From NCBI GenBank assembly GCA_964499025.1, contig CAZCJC010000009.1, positions 3,519 through 67,518 of the forward strand: a DNA stretch of 64,000 nt, given 5' to 3'. Below, one piece after another: positions 8,071-18,798 of the stretch (the first letter of the stretch is position 1; each line of letters begins with the position of its first letter). The translations under genes and the position numbers were made by a program. Under the pieces are notes generated by a model that saw only the letters and a list, made by a program, of their open reading frames with translations, was not told the origin of the DNA and did not search any database. The stretch is from an uncultured Sangeribacter sp. GTDB taxonomy: Bacteria > Bacteroidota > Bacteroidia > Bacteroidales > Muribaculaceae.

Positions 8071-10470
8071 TTAGAATTTAAACGGAGTCTGGCTAACGTA
8101 TATTTTTACATCTTTTATGGCTCCAGGAGCGCCACTCTCCATACGAGGGAGATATTGTAGAGCCGTAAGATCATGGTCTGCACCAAGATCAAGAACTATA
8201 TAATGAGGATAAGCTACCTTCCTTTTTGTTGACCAATATGTAGACTCCTGTAGGTCAAAGGTCTTATCAGCAGAACGATTCACTCCATCGACATCCTCAC
8301 TATCAGCATACACTACTGTCCAAGGTTCTCTGGATAACCTCTCTCCTTCATTGTCTACAAGATACAGTTCTGCAATTGCAGCTTTCTCTTTGCCATCAAT
8401 TGAGCTTTCAGCTTCAATACATACATATCTTCCTTTAGCCGGATTCTGGAATTTAACCTCTTTCCAACCATTTCCGGCCGGGAAAGTACCGGAAAATACA
8501 GGAGTTGAACCTGTTAAATCAAGTTCTTGTCCCGGTTCTCTGTGAATAAGAGGTTTTTTAACTTGCAATTTGTCAAGTTCCGGATTCTTGGTTCCAAAAG
8601 ATACCGTTTCCTTAGGGCCAATTATATCAAAAACTATAATCTCGTTTTCCCCCTTCTTCAACCAGCATCCGGGAACATATAAAGTTTGCTGCGGACCAAT
8701 CTCCCATATTCTCCCTAATGCATGACCATTTACATAAACAAGGCCTTTACCCCATGATTCGAAATTGAGAAAAGTATCAGCGGGTTTATCAATTGAGAAT
8801 TTAGCTTTGTAAGCACCTCTTGGCATACGGCCAGACTCATCAGCAGAGACAGAAGAAATAGGTACGTAAGTATAATTAGCATAAGTGTTATACTCATCCT
8901 CAATATTATATACCTTCCAATTGTTGAGTTCACATGTAAACATATAGCCATTTCTGTCCTCGGTAATGCTAACCTTGTCGGTTATTCCTTTGAAGTCCTT
9001 GATAGCCCGACCGAAATTGATACGACCCATTGCTTCTACAAGAATATCCAGTTTTGCACCATTCTTACATGCTGGAATCGGGATCTGTTTCTCACCGTTT
9101 CTCCTGTCGAGTTTACCAATGAATTTACCATCTATGAAAACCTGGGCATAATCGTGTGCATCTTTAACAGTTAGAATGCCACCATTTACCAGTTCCGGTA
9201 AGGAAGTCTGATAAAGAATACTTCCGAAACCTTGATCATATTCTTCCATGGTTTTGAGAATAAGGTCGGATTTAGGATCAGGGAGATTGCTAAAAAGAGG
9301 AGCGACCTCAGTGAAATTAAATTTTGCAATCTCACGTGTTTTTATGGGAGCAGGAACTGGAGATTGTTTTCCGTCAGTATATTTCTCCAATGCTTTTCTC
9401 AATTCCCAATATTTTGGAGTAGGGGAGCCTTGCTCGTTAATCGGAGCGTCGTAATCATAAGATGTTACGTCGGGAGCAAAACCGGGAGAATTTGCACCTG
9501 CCCAGTGACCCCAGTTTGTACCTCCATGGGTCATATATAAGCTGAATGAAATCCCTTTTGACAGCATTTCATCTATTCCGGCAATCATGTCAGTTGCAGG
9601 ACGTGTCTCGTGATTCGCACCCCATTTGTCAAACCATCCGCTCCAAAATTCCGAACACATTAACGGACTGTTGGGCCGAAGTTCCTTGAGACGTTTAAAT
9701 TGTTCGTCAATATTTGCACCGGTACCGAAATTCATTGTCCAGATAAGATCATCGAGACCATTATTTTCAAAGTTTGACGACCAATCGCATTGAAATAAAG
9801 TGACATCCGGTCCGAAGTTTTTACGCAGCATATCCCTGATATTAGATACGTATGGCTTGTCGATACCATATGACCCATATTCATTTTCAACCTGCACCAT
9901 GATTATCGGCCCACCATCTGCAATCGTAAGGTCGCTGACCTGATCAGCCACTGCTTTCTGAAATTTATTGACCCTTTCAAGGAAATAGGGGTCATTTTCG
10001 CGAAGTTTAATATCTTTTTTCTTGAGTAACCACCAAGGAAGTCCACCCATTTCCCATTCTGCACATACATATGGCCCGGGCCTAAGGATAACTTTCATAT
10101 CATTTTTCTGGCATAACTTTATGAATTCCCTCAAATCATTTTGACCAGTAAAGTCAAACTGATCCTCTTTAGGCTCATGAGCATTCCAGAATGTGTAAAG
10201 GCAAATGGTGTTCATTCCCAAAGCTTTACTCATTTTTATCCTATGCTCCCAATATTCTTTCGGTATACGAGGATAATGCAACTCCGCCGCTTTTACCACA
10301 AATGGTTCTCCATTCAATAAGAAAGTTCCCTCTCCAGCTTCAAATTTACCTTTATTCAAAGTTGTGGTAGAGTTCTTTTTTGCCGAGATCCCAACAAAAG
10401 TCGGAATTAAAGGCGAAAATAAGAAGATTGATGCTACTGAAAGAATACAGATTTTTAGGTTAATTTTCAT
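8071..10470 (-). CDS. GH35 beta-galactosidase with C-terminal F5/8 type C (CBM32-like) domain
   Basis: ELHYPRIP, LRPGPYVCAEW, QVENEYG (acid/base), SEFWSGWFD (nucleophile), YMTHGGTN, SYDYDAP; C-terminal HYIVLDLG...LQYLPR. Confidence 0.93.
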   Translation of the reverse strand: MKINLKICILSVASIFLFSPLIPTFVGISAKKNSTTTLNKGKFEAGEGTFLLNGEPFVVKAAELHYPRIPKEYWEHRIKMSKALGMNTICLYTFWNAHEPKEDQFDFTGQNDLREFIKLCQKNDMKVILRPGPYVCAEWEMGGLPWWLLKKKDIKLRENDPYFLERVNKFQKAVADQVSDLTIADGGPIIMVQVENEYGSYGIDKPYVSNIRDMLRKNFGPDVTLFQCDWSSNFENNGLDDLIWTMNFGTGANIDEQFKRLKELRPNSPLMCSEFWSGWFDKWGANHETRPATDMIAGIDEMLSKGISFSLYMTHGGTNWGHWAGANSPGFAPDVTSYDYDAPINEQGSPTPKYWELRKALEKYTDGKQSPVPAPIKTREIAKFNFTEVAPLFSNLPDPKSDLILKTMEEYDQGFGSILYQTSLPELVNGGILTVKDAHDYAQVFIDGKFIGKLDRRNGEKQIPIPACKNGAKLDILVEAMGRINFGRAIKDFKGITDKVSITEDRNGYMFTCELNNWKVYNIEDEYNTYANYTYVPISSVSADESGRMPRGAYKAKFSIDKPADTFLNFESWGKGLVYVNGHALGRIWEIGPQQTLYVPGCWLKKGENEIIVFDIIGPKETVSFGTKNPELDKLQVKKPLIHREPGQELDLTGSTPVFSGTFPAGNGWKEVKFQNPAKGRYVCIEAESSIDGKEKAAIAELYLVDNEGERLSREPWTVVYADSEDVDGVNRSADKTFDLQESTYWSTKRKVAYPHYIVLDLGADHDLTALQYLPRMESGAPGAIKDVKIYVSQTPFKF

Positions 10471-10640
10471 GATATAATATTATATTTGCAAATGTTAGCT
10501 ATGCTGAAATAAATACTATCTTTAGTTTTGAGATGTTCAAAATTCACGTTGTTTCCGAGAGGTATAATTTTGAATATCTATTAAAATACAAAGTTACAAT
10601 TCGAAGGGGACATAGAAAAGAGAAAGCTGGATAATAAAAA

Positions 10641-10656
10641 TATGTTGTAAAACATA
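10641..10656. promoter_or_regulatory. Cur (BT4338, CRP-like) binding-site candidate
   Basis: Palindrome TATGTT-g-TA-a-AACATA in an A/T-rich context; matches the motif wwwTATGTTnTAnAACATAwww as I recall it. Confidence 0.7.
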
Positions 10657-10677
10657 TTAGTAATTTCAGTAGATTTA
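10645..10677 (+). promoter_or_regulatory. Putative araM promoter (TTG ... TAGATTTA)
   Basis: One mismatch to TAnnTTTG; sits 5 nt before the AraR-like box, the same spacing as at 27634-27647. Confidence 0.45.
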
Positions 10678-10682
10678 CTGAA

Positions 10683-10703
10683 TAAGTGTTAAATTTACAC
10701 CCA
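10683..10703. promoter_or_regulatory. AraR operator candidate upstream of araM
   Basis: TAAGTGTTAAATTTACACCCA, GTGT-N7-ACAC dyad ending about 20 nt before the araM ATG. Confidence 0.7.
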
Positions 10704-10721
10704 TAAATAACCATATCAGTC

Positions 10722-11879
10722 ATGAAACATTTAGGATATTGTGCAATATTCCTGGCATTGACAGGAATTTGCTCGTGTGGTTCGCAGAAAGAATCTGCGG
10801 AATTAACGAAATCAGGTCTTGATCCAAAGAATTTCGAAACAGTCATCAATGGAGACTCTACTGCTCTGATTACATTGAAGAATGCATCCGGAATGGAAGT
10901 TTGCATCACTAATTATGGAGGGCGTATTGTCTCTATCATGGTTCCTGATAAAGATGGAAATTTCAAAGATGTTGTTTTGGGATTTGATAGTGTTGCATCT
11001 TATTTGCCGTCCAATAATCCCAGTGACTTTGGTGCAGCAATAGGTAGATATGCAAATAGAATAGCTCAAGGAAGGTTTGTGCTTGATGGTGATACAATTC
11101 AATTACCTCAGAATAATTTCGGTCATTGTCTCCACGGAGGAACAGATATGGGTACGCTTGGCTGGCAATATAGGATATACGATATAGAGGAGGTTACAGA
11201 CAGCACTCTTACTATTTCAATTGATTCTCCGGATGGAGACAATAATTTCCCGGGTAATGTAAAGGCTCAGGTAAAGTATACACTTCAGGCTGACAATGCT
11301 ATTCGTATTGATTATTCCGCTACCACAGATAAGCCAACCATCATCAACATGACCAATCATTCATATTTCAATTTGTCGGGAGATCCCGAACAAAGCGTAG
11401 AGGATGAATTGGTCTGGATCAACGGATCAAATTATACTCCCGTCGACAGTACATTTATGACTACGGGTGAGATCGTTTCGGTAAAGGATACCCCCATGGA
11501 TTTTACGGAGGAGAAAATTCTTGGAAAGGATATCAACGCTGATTTTATACAGATAAAAAATGGCAATGGGTATGATCATAACTGGGTTCTTGATACCAAA
11601 GGAAGCCTTGCAGAGGTAGCCGCCAAAGTGACTGATCCTCGTTCCGGAATCGTTCTTGAGGTATATACCACAGAACCAGGTATCCAGTTTTATACGGGTA
11701 ATTTCCTTGATGGTACTGTGAAAGGTAAGAAGGGAATTGTTTATAACAAACGTCATGGCCTATGCCTTGAGACGCAGAAATATCCGGATACTCCTAACAA
11801 ACCGTCATGGCCATCAGCAACGCTTCGTCCGGGAGAAACTTATACCAGCACATGCATCTATAAGTTCCTTACTAAGTAA
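10722..11879 (+). CDS. araM: Aldose 1-epimerase (mutarotase), lipoprotein
   Basis: GRYANRI, LHGG, NMTNHSYFNL, YDHNW, CLETQ; lipobox ICSC; first gene of ara cluster. Confidence 0.9.
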   Translation: MKHLGYCAIFLALTGICSCGSQKESAELTKSGLDPKNFETVINGDSTALITLKNASGMEVCITNYGGRIVSIMVPDKDGNFKDVVLGFDSVASYLPSNNPSDFGAAIGRYANRIAQGRFVLDGDTIQLPQNNFGHCLHGGTDMGTLGWQYRIYDIEEVTDSTLTISIDSPDGDNNFPGNVKAQVKYTLQADNAIRIDYSATTDKPTIINMTNHSYFNLSGDPEQSVEDELVWINGSNYTPVDSTFMTTGEIVSVKDTPMDFTEEKILGKDINADFIQIKNGNGYDHNWVLDTKGSLAEVAAKVTDPRSGIVLEVYTTEPGIQFYTGNFLDGTVKGKKGIVYNKRHGLCLETQKYPDTPNKPSWPSATLRPGETYTSTCIYKFLTK

Positions 11880-11924
11880 AAAATTTTTTCAAAACTTTTT
11901 AAACTATATCTAACATTTAACATT

Positions 11925-13604
11925 ATGGGTATATTAGACTGGGTTGTGATTGGCTTGTTTGCCCTCGCCCTGATTCTGATTATTGTCTGGGTATCTCGCC
12001 AGAAACAGAACACTGCCTCCGATTACTTCTTGGGAGGTAAGGATGCCACATGGATTGCAATCGGTGCATCTATTTTTGCTTCTAACATTGGATCTGAACA
12101 TCTTATTGGTCTTGCTGGTGCGGGTGCATCAAGTGGAATGGCAATGGCGCATTGGGAAATACAGGGTTGGATGATCCTGATTCTCGGATGGGTTTTCGTG
12201 CCTTTCTATACTCGTTCAATGGTTTATACCATGCCGGAATTCCTTGAGCGCCGTTATAACGGCACCTCGAGAACAATCCTGTCATTGATTTCCTTGATCA
12301 GTTATGTCTTGACTAAAGTAGCTGTTACGGTTTATGCAGGTGGTCTTGTATTCCAGCAGGTTTTCGGTATTGACACTTTATGGGGAATTGACTTCTTTTG
12401 GATTGCAGCGATCGGACTTGTTGTTATCACAGCAATTTACACAGTTCTGGGAGGTATGAAATCCGTTCTATATACATCAGTTCTTCAGACCCCGATCCTT
12501 CTTCTTGGTTCTTTAATTATTCTCGTTCTCGGTCTTAAAGCTCTTGGGGGCTGGGATGAAATGATGCGTATCTGTTCAGCTGTGACAGTAAATGATTATG
12601 GTGACACTATGACTAATCTTATCAGAGACAATTCTGATGAGCAGTATCCTTGGCTCGGAGCTTTAATCGGTTCGGCTGTAATTGGATTCTGGTATTGGTG
12701 TACCGATCAGTTCATCGTTCAGCGTGTTTTATCTGGTAAAGATGAAAAACAGTCACGTCGTGGAACCATATTCGGAGCATACCTTAAACTCTTGCCGGTA
12801 TTCCTTTTCCTCATTCCGGGTATGATTGCATTTGCCTTACATAACCAGGGAATAGTAGTTAATGGTCAGGTATTCCATCTCTCAACTCCTGATGCTGCAT
12901 TCCCGACTCTTGTAGCCCGTCTTCTTCCTGCGGGTGTAAAAGGTTTGATCGTGTGTGGAATTTTGGCGGCACTTATGTCTTCACTTGCCTCTCTGTTCAA
13001 CTCATCTTCTGCATTGTTCACAATTGACTTCTATCAAAGATTCCATCCCAAGACGGATGCGAAAAAACTCGTCCGTATCGGTCAGGCTGCTACCGTCGTA
13101 ATTGTGTTTCTGGGCATTATCTGGATTCCCGTGATGCGATCAATGGGTGATGTGCTATATAATTATTTGCAAGAGGTGCAGTCAGTTCTGGCTCCCGGTA
13201 TAGCAGCCGCCTTCCTAATGGGTATTGTTTGGAAACGGACTTCGGCTGAAGGAGGTATGTGGGGCTTGATAGCAGGTCTGGTTATCGGTCTTACACGTCT
13301 GAGTGCGAAGATCTGGTATGACTTTAATCCAGTTGAAGGGGATCATAATTGGTTCCAATTCATGTTCTATGATTGCAACTGGCTCTTCTTCTGCGGTTGG
13401 ATGCTTCTCTTCTGTCTTGCAGTTGTATTTGTTGTATCACTATGCACCAAGGCTCCTGAGAAATCAAAAATCCAGGGATTGGTATTTGGAACATCAACAC
13501 CCGATCAGCGCATTGCAACCCGAAACAGCTGGAACACTTGGGATATCATCAATACAGTGATAATTCTTGGTATTACAGCAGCATTCTATTGGTATTTCTG
13601 GTAA
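11925..13604 (+). CDS. araP: Sodium:solute symporter, probable L-arabinose transporter
   Basis: DYFLGG, FASNIGSEHLIGLAG, WYWCTDQFIVQRVL; ara context. Confidence 0.85.
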   Translation: MGILDWVVIGLFALALILIIVWVSRQKQNTASDYFLGGKDATWIAIGASIFASNIGSEHLIGLAGAGASSGMAMAHWEIQGWMILILGWVFVPFYTRSMVYTMPEFLERRYNGTSRTILSLISLISYVLTKVAVTVYAGGLVFQQVFGIDTLWGIDFFWIAAIGLVVITAIYTVLGGMKSVLYTSVLQTPILLLGSLIILVLGLKALGGWDEMMRICSAVTVNDYGDTMTNLIRDNSDEQYPWLGALIGSAVIGFWYWCTDQFIVQRVLSGKDEKQSRRGTIFGAYLKLLPVFLFLIPGMIAFALHNQGIVVNGQVFHLSTPDAAFPTLVARLLPAGVKGLIVCGILAALMSSLASLFNSSSALFTIDFYQRFHPKTDAKKLVRIGQAATVVIVFLGIIWIPVMRSMGDVLYNYLQEVQSVLAPGIAAAFLMGIVWKRTSAEGGMWGLIAGLVIGLTRLSAKIWYDFNPVEGDHNWFQFMFYDCNWLFFCGWMLLFCLAVVFVVSLCTKAPEKSKIQGLVFGTSTPDQRIATRNSWNTWDIINTVIILGITAAFYWYFW

Positions 13605-13612
13605 TTATTCCG

Positions 13613-13648
13613 AGTATGGATGAGACCCAAAAGGGGCTCATCCATACT
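13613..13648. other. Intergenic RNA hairpin without a U-tract between araP and araR
   Basis: agtatggatgag / ctcatccatact 12-bp perfect stem. Confidence 0.6.
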
Positions 13649-13665
13649 ACTTAAATTTACACCTA

Positions 13666-14355
13666 ATGACAGCGATTGAACGTCAATATTATTCATCGCA
13701 TGAAAAACTTTATCTGAGTGTTGATTGCATTGTCTTTGCTCTAAACGAAGGATCTCTTCAACTTCTTCTTGTTAAGAGAGATTTTGAACCATTCAAGGGA
13801 GAATGGTCTTTAATGGGAGGGTTTGTAAGAGCAGAAGAAAGTGTTGATAAAGCAGCTCAAAGAGTATTGCGCGATCTGACCGGGCTCGATGGAGTCTATA
13901 TGCATCAGATAGGCACATTTGGAAATATAGACCGTGATCCGGGAGAAAGAGTGGTTTCTGTGGCATATTCGGCCCTTCTGAACTATCCCGATGTCAACCA
14001 TGAAGCAGTAAAGGCTCATAATGCATCCTGGTTTGACATTCATGAGGTTCCTTCATTGATTTTGGATCATAATGAAATGATAGATAAGGCTATAGTCAAG
14101 ATTCAGCATAAATTCAGAGTTGAACCTTTGGCTTTCCGTCTTCTTCCTCAACATTTCACTTTGACGCAGTTGCAACAGCTTTATGAGACATTGCTCGGAG
14201 AAAAGATTGACAAGAGAAATTTCAGAAGGAGAGCTCTGGAGAATGAATGTATAGTTTCTACCGACATGGTGGATAAAGAGAGTTCCAGAAGGGGAGCGCG
14301 TCTATATATTTATAGTCCACGAAAAAAATATGGCGAAAGATCTTTTAAAATCTGA
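13666..14355 (+). CDS. araR: NrtR-family (NUDIX + wHTH) L-arabinose repressor
   Basis: SVDCIVF, WSLMGGFV, DRDPGERVVSVAY, FTLTQLQQLYE, DKRNFRR, GARLY. Confidence 0.85.
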   Translation: MTAIERQYYSSHEKLYLSVDCIVFALNEGSLQLLLVKRDFEPFKGEWSLMGGFVRAEESVDKAAQRVLRDLTGLDGVYMHQIGTFGNIDRDPGERVVSVAYSALLNYPDVNHEAVKAHNASWFDIHEVPSLILDHNEMIDKAIVKIQHKFRVEPLAFRLLPQHFTLTQLQQLYETLLGEKIDKRNFRRRALENECIVSTDMVDKESSRRGARLYIYSPRKKYGERSFKI

Positions 14356-14572
14356 CCGCCAAATATACATTCAATGTAAACTGATGGATTATTAGACATG
14401 ATTTTATTTTCAGAAATTTAATTATTGACAATCAATTATTTTATAAAATTTAAACCATATCGTTTAATAATTCATAATGAAATTGTTAATTTAATTTTAC
14501 TATAGCTTAAATTAAATTAAAAGGGTTAGGAAAAAGGGGAAATATTTGTTTTACACATAAAACTAATACAAG

Positions 14573-15262
14573 ATGTTGGAGGAACTTAAAGAGAAAGTAT
14601 ATAAAGCTAACCTTGATCTGGTCAAACATGGATTGGTTATTTTTACCTGGGGAAATGTATCAGGAATCGACAGGGAGAAGGGATTAGTTGTTATAAAGCC
14701 GAGTGGAGTAAGCTATGATGATATGAAGGCTGATGATATGGTAGTAGTAGATCTACAAACGGGGAGTGTTGTGGAAGGCTCCTTGAAACCGTCCTCTGAT
14801 ACACCTACTCATCTGGCATTATATAGAGCATTCCCTGAGATCGGTGGAGTGGTTCATACCCATTCTACTTATGCTACTGCATGGGCTCAGGCCGGTATGG
14901 ATATTCCGAATATTGGAACTACGCACGCCGATTATTTCCATCAGGCAATCCCTTGTACTCGCGATATGACTGAAGCTGAAGTAAAAGGTGATTACGAACT
15001 TGAAACAGGAAATGTGATAATCGAAAGATTCAAGGAATTAAATCCGATTCACACCCCCGGAGTACTTGTTAAAAATCACGGGCCGTTCTCATGGGGAAAG
15101 ACTCCGGATGAAGCTGTTCATAATGCAGTAGTAATGGAGCAGGTAGCAAAGATGGCAAATATCGCTTATCTTGTTAATCCGTCCTTGACCATGAATCCAT
15201 TACTAATTGAGAAACATTTCTCACGCAAGCATGGGCCGAATGCTTATTATGGTCAACGTTAA
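14573..15262 (+). CDS. araD: L-ribulose-5-phosphate 4-epimerase
   Basis: [40 protein letters not shown]. Confidence 0.95.
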   Translation: MLEELKEKVYKANLDLVKHGLVIFTWGNVSGIDREKGLVVIKPSGVSYDDMKADDMVVVDLQTGSVVEGSLKPSSDTPTHLALYRAFPEIGGVVHTHSTYATAWAQAGMDIPNIGTTHADYFHQAIPCTRDMTEAEVKGDYELETGNVIIERFKELNPIHTPGVLVKNHGPFSWGKTPDEAVHNAVVMEQVAKMANIAYLVNPSLTMNPLLIEKHFSRKHGPNAYYGQR

Positions 15263-15289
15263 TAAAATCAATCAATAATATTATTTATC

Positions 15290-16825
15290 ATGAGTCTATT
15301 TGATCAATATGAAATTTGGTGGGTAACTGGTGCCCAGCTTCTTTATGGAGGAGATGCAGTTGTAAAAGTTGATTCTCACTCAAAAGAGATGGTGGATGGT
15401 CTCAACAAATCCGGTATCCTTCCTGTAAAAGTAGTTTATAAAGGTACGGCTAATTCCTCTAAGGAGGTGAGTGATGTTATGAAAGCCGCCAATAATGATC
15501 CTAAATGTGCGGGTATCATTACATGGATGCATACTTTCTCTCCTGCAAAAATGTGGATACACGGTCTTCAACTTTTGAAGAAACCTCTCCTTCACTTCCA
15601 TACTCAGTTTAATGCAGAGATTCCATGGAATGATATAGATATGGATTTCATGAATCTTAACCAAAGTGCACATGGCGACCGTGAATTTGGTCACATCTGT
15701 ACTCGCATGCGAATACGTCGTAAGGTAGTAGTAGGTCACTGGACAGATCCAGAGGTTCTGAAAAAAATAGCTGTATGGGAGCGTGTAGCAGTGGCTTGGG
15801 CTGATTCACAGGATATGCTGATTTTGCGATTCGGCGATCAGATGAATAACGTGGCTGTTACTGACGGTGATAAAGTAGAAGCAGAACAGAGACTTGGATA
15901 TCATGTTGATTATTGTCCGGTGAGCACCCTTATGGAATACCATAAGAAAATTAAATCAGAAGATATCAAGGCCTTAGTAGAAGAGTATTTTAAATTATAT
16001 ACCCATGAAGCCAAGTTAGAGGATGAATCATCTGAAGATTATAAGTCAGTATGGGATGCTGCTCATGCAGAGTTGACACTCCGTGCTATCCTTAAAGAAA
16101 CGGGCGCAAAAGGATTTACCACAAACTTTGATGATCTGGGAACAGCAGATATAGAAGATGAAAAGTTTGTTGGTTTTTCACAGATTCCTGGACTCGCTTC
16201 ACAGAGATTGATGGCTGAGGGCTATGGCTTTGGTGCAGAAGGGGATTGGAAATCAGCAGCCCTTTATCGTTCGGTATGGGTAATGTCAGAAGGGAAAGCT
16301 TGTTCTTTCCTTGAAGATTACACCCTGAATTTTGCTGGGAAGGATAGCTCGATTCTTCAAGCTCATATGCTTGAGGTATGTCCGCTCATTGCAGAGGAAA
16401 AACCTCGTCTTGAGGTACATTTCCTCGGAATTGGTATACGTAAGGCTCAGACAGCTCGATTAGTATTCACTTCACGTCCCGGAAATGGAATCACAGCAAC
16501 AGTAGTTGATCTCGGTAATCGTTTCCGTCTGATAGTTAATGACGTAGAATGCATCAAATCAAAACCGATGCCCAAACTTCCTGTCGCTTCTGCTCTGTGG
16601 AAGCCGATGCCTGACTTTGAAGTTGGAGCTGGAGCATGGATTCTTGCCGGTGGTACTCACCATTCTTGCTTCTCATATGAGTTGTCACAGGAATATTGGG
16701 AGGATTATGCAGAAATTGCCGGCATAGAGATGGCTGTTATTGATAAAGACACCACAATTCCAGAGTTTAAGAACACTCTTCGTTGGAACGAAGTTTACTA
16801 TATGCTTAACCGTTCACTCTGCTAA
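15290..16825 (+). CDS. araA: L-arabinose isomerase
   Basis: [42 protein letters not shown]. Confidence 0.95.
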   Translation: MSLFDQYEIWWVTGAQLLYGGDAVVKVDSHSKEMVDGLNKSGILPVKVVYKGTANSSKEVSDVMKAANNDPKCAGIITWMHTFSPAKMWIHGLQLLKKPLLHFHTQFNAEIPWNDIDMDFMNLNQSAHGDREFGHICTRMRIRRKVVVGHWTDPEVLKKIAVWERVAVAWADSQDMLILRFGDQMNNVAVTDGDKVEAEQRLGYHVDYCPVSTLMEYHKKIKSEDIKALVEEYFKLYTHEAKLEDESSEDYKSVWDAAHAELTLRAILKETGAKGFTTNFDDLGTADIEDEKFVGFSQIPGLASQRLMAEGYGFGAEGDWKSAALYRSVWVMSEGKACSFLEDYTLNFAGKDSSILQAHMLEVCPLIAEEKPRLEVHFLGIGIRKAQTARLVFTSRPGNGITATVVDLGNRFRLIVNDVECIKSKPMPKLPVASALWKPMPDFEVGAGAWILAGGTHHSCFSYELSQEYWEDYAEIAGIEMAVIDKDTTIPEFKNTLRWNEVYYMLNRSLC

Positions 16826-16827
16826 GA

Positions 16828-18420
16828 ATGGATGCAAAGGATATAATAAAAGAGGGTAAAGCCGTGCTCGGAATAGAGCTCGGCTCTACCCGAATTAAGG
16901 CGGTATTGATTGATGATCATAATCGCCCGATTGCTCAAGGAGCTCATGAATGGGAGAATCAGCTTGTTGACAATTTGTGGACATACAGTATTGACGCAAT
17001 ATGGTTCGGTATTCAGGATTGCTATCGTGATCTTAGAGCAAATGTATTGGAGAAATACGGTGTTGAAATAGAAAATCTTGCAGCAATTGGAGTAAGTGCG
17101 ATGATGCATGGCTATATGCCTTTTGACAAGGATGGCAAAATTCTCGTACCCTTCAGGACTTGGAGAAATACTAACACCGGAGAGGCAGCTGCAAAATTGT
17201 CGGAATTGTTTGTTTACAATATTCCATTGAGATGGAGCATATCGCACCTTTATCAAGCAATTCTTAACAATGAGAAACATGTGTATGAGATTGAATATCT
17301 TACTACACTTGCCGGCTACATTCATTGGCAATTGACCGGTGAAAAGGTTTTAGGAATAGGAGATGCATCCGGAATGTTGCCCATTGATCCTGAAACTAAG
17401 AATTATTCATCCGCAATGGTTGAAAAATTTAATCAATTAATTTCTCCAAAGGGATTCTCATGGAAGCTTGAAGACATTCTCCCCAAAGTATTGTTGGCTG
17501 GTGAGAGTGGAGGAACTTTAACCGAGGCTGGTGCTGAAAAACTTGATATTTCCGGCCATCTAAAAGCGGGGATCCCTGTTTGTCCTCCGGAAGGTGATGC
17601 TGGAACCGGTATGGTTGCTACCAATGCCGTTAAGCAAAGAACAGGAAACGTCTCTGCCGGAACATCCTCATTCTCGATGATAGTTGTAGAAAAGGAATTG
17701 TCCAAGCCATATGAGATGATTGATATGGTAACTACTCCTGATGGAAGCTTGGTAGCGATGGTTCACTGTAATAATTGCACATCAGATCTTAATGCATGGG
17801 TAAATATTTTCAAAGAATTCATGGAAGTTACCGGGATGCAGGTAGATATGAATGATTTGTATGGAAAGCTTTACAATCACGCACTTACAGGTGATGCAGA
17901 TTGCGGAGGATTGCTATCATATAATTATTTTTCAGGAGAACCTGTGACCGGTCTTGATGAAGGAAGGCCTTTATTTGTCCGTTCAGTTTCAGATAAATTT
18001 AATCTTGCCAATTTCATGAGGGCTCATCTTTGTGGGTCGGTTGCTGTGTTGAAAATAGGGAACGATATTCTATTTAACGAAGAGAAAATTAAGGTAGATA
18101 GAATCACGGGCCATGGCGGATTATTCAAAACAAAAGGAGTTGGGCAGAGAATATTGGCCGCTGCACTTAATTCTCCGATTTCAGTAATGGAAACAGCAGG
18201 TGAAGGTGGTGCATGGGGAATGGCACTTCTTGCTTCTTATCTGGTGAATAATGCCGATGAAAGATCACTTCCTGATTATCTCGATACAGTCGTTTTTGGA
18301 GGAAATGTTGGAAACAGCATATCTCCAACCGCTGAAGAAGTAGAAGGTTTCAATAGATATATTAAAGGCTATATCAAAGGACTGCCCATTGAACAGTCTG
18401 CCGTAGATAACAAAAGATAA
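16828..18420 (+). CDS. araB: FGGY-family kinase, L-ribulokinase by context
   Basis: [36 protein letters not shown]; 2 nt after araA. Confidence 0.85.
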   Translation: MDAKDIIKEGKAVLGIELGSTRIKAVLIDDHNRPIAQGAHEWENQLVDNLWTYSIDAIWFGIQDCYRDLRANVLEKYGVEIENLAAIGVSAMMHGYMPFDKDGKILVPFRTWRNTNTGEAAAKLSELFVYNIPLRWSISHLYQAILNNEKHVYEIEYLTTLAGYIHWQLTGEKVLGIGDASGMLPIDPETKNYSSAMVEKFNQLISPKGFSWKLEDILPKVLLAGESGGTLTEAGAEKLDISGHLKAGIPVCPPEGDAGTGMVATNAVKQRTGNVSAGTSSFSMIVVEKELSKPYEMIDMVTTPDGSLVAMVHCNNCTSDLNAWVNIFKEFMEVTGMQVDMNDLYGKLYNHALTGDADCGGLLSYNYFSGEPVTGLDEGRPLFVRSVSDKFNLANFMRAHLCGSVAVLKIGNDILFNEEKIKVDRITGHGGLFKTKGVGQRILAAALNSPISVMETAGEGGAWGMALLASYLVNNADERSLPDYLDTVVFGGNVGNSISPTAEEVEGFNRYIKGYIKGLPIEQSAVDNKR

Positions 18421-18435
18421 TATTTTCAAAATCAA

Positions 18436-18632
18436 TTATTACGCGTTCAATTTAAAACGCTATTATTTACAATTATCTGTGTATTCTGTTCACCTACAAT
18501 CTACTTGTTCTTTTTGGTGATTTTTCCATCCTCACATCAGTCGCATAGCCCGCTATGCTCCCTCTTAGAGAATGCAAAATACCTCAAAAATAACTGCTCA
18601 TATAGTATGTTTTTAATATGAACAGCATCTTA
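18436..18632 (-). repeat. Dispersed structured element, divergent copy D (MITE-like)
   Basis: Minus-strand core gagggagcatagcgggctatgcgactga...aaaagaacaagt shared with other copies; imperfect terminal IR; lies between araB stop and its terminator. Confidence 0.7.
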
Positions 18633-18635
18633 AGT

Positions 18636-18674
18636 AAAAAAGACTGATAACTTCTTTAGTTATCGGTCTTTTTT
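18636..18674. terminator. Intrinsic terminator of ara operon
   Basis: aaaaaagactgataac / gttatcggtctttttt. Confidence 0.8.
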
Positions 18675-18675
18675 A

Positions 18676-18707
18676 TTTGCTAAATAGGCGATATATCATT
18701 AATTTTG
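18676..18707 (+). promoter_or_regulatory. Housekeeping promoter for ddl-ileS-lspA
   Basis: TTTG (18676-18679) - 20 nt - TAATTTTG (18700-18707). Confidence 0.7.
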
Positions 18708-18798
18708 CAGTTCAGACTCAGGTTTGTTAAAATTTAATTCTTAAGGTATTGGAGGCAAGGTTGAATTAATTCATACAGCCTCTTATATATATCTGATT

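Noticed and set aside
10544-10909. 121-aa minus-strand ORF spanning the araM promoter
   Set aside because: Overlaps araM antisense and the regulatory sites; no protein-like features.
13648-13663. ttaaatttacacc shared with the araM operator, upstream of araR
   Set aside because: Left half-site is TACT rather than GTGT (3 of 4 mismatches); not supportable as an operator.
14541-14558. Possible AraR or Cur site upstream of araD (ATAT-N7-ACAC)
   Set aside because: Two mismatches in one half-site and no canonical promoter nearby; too weak.
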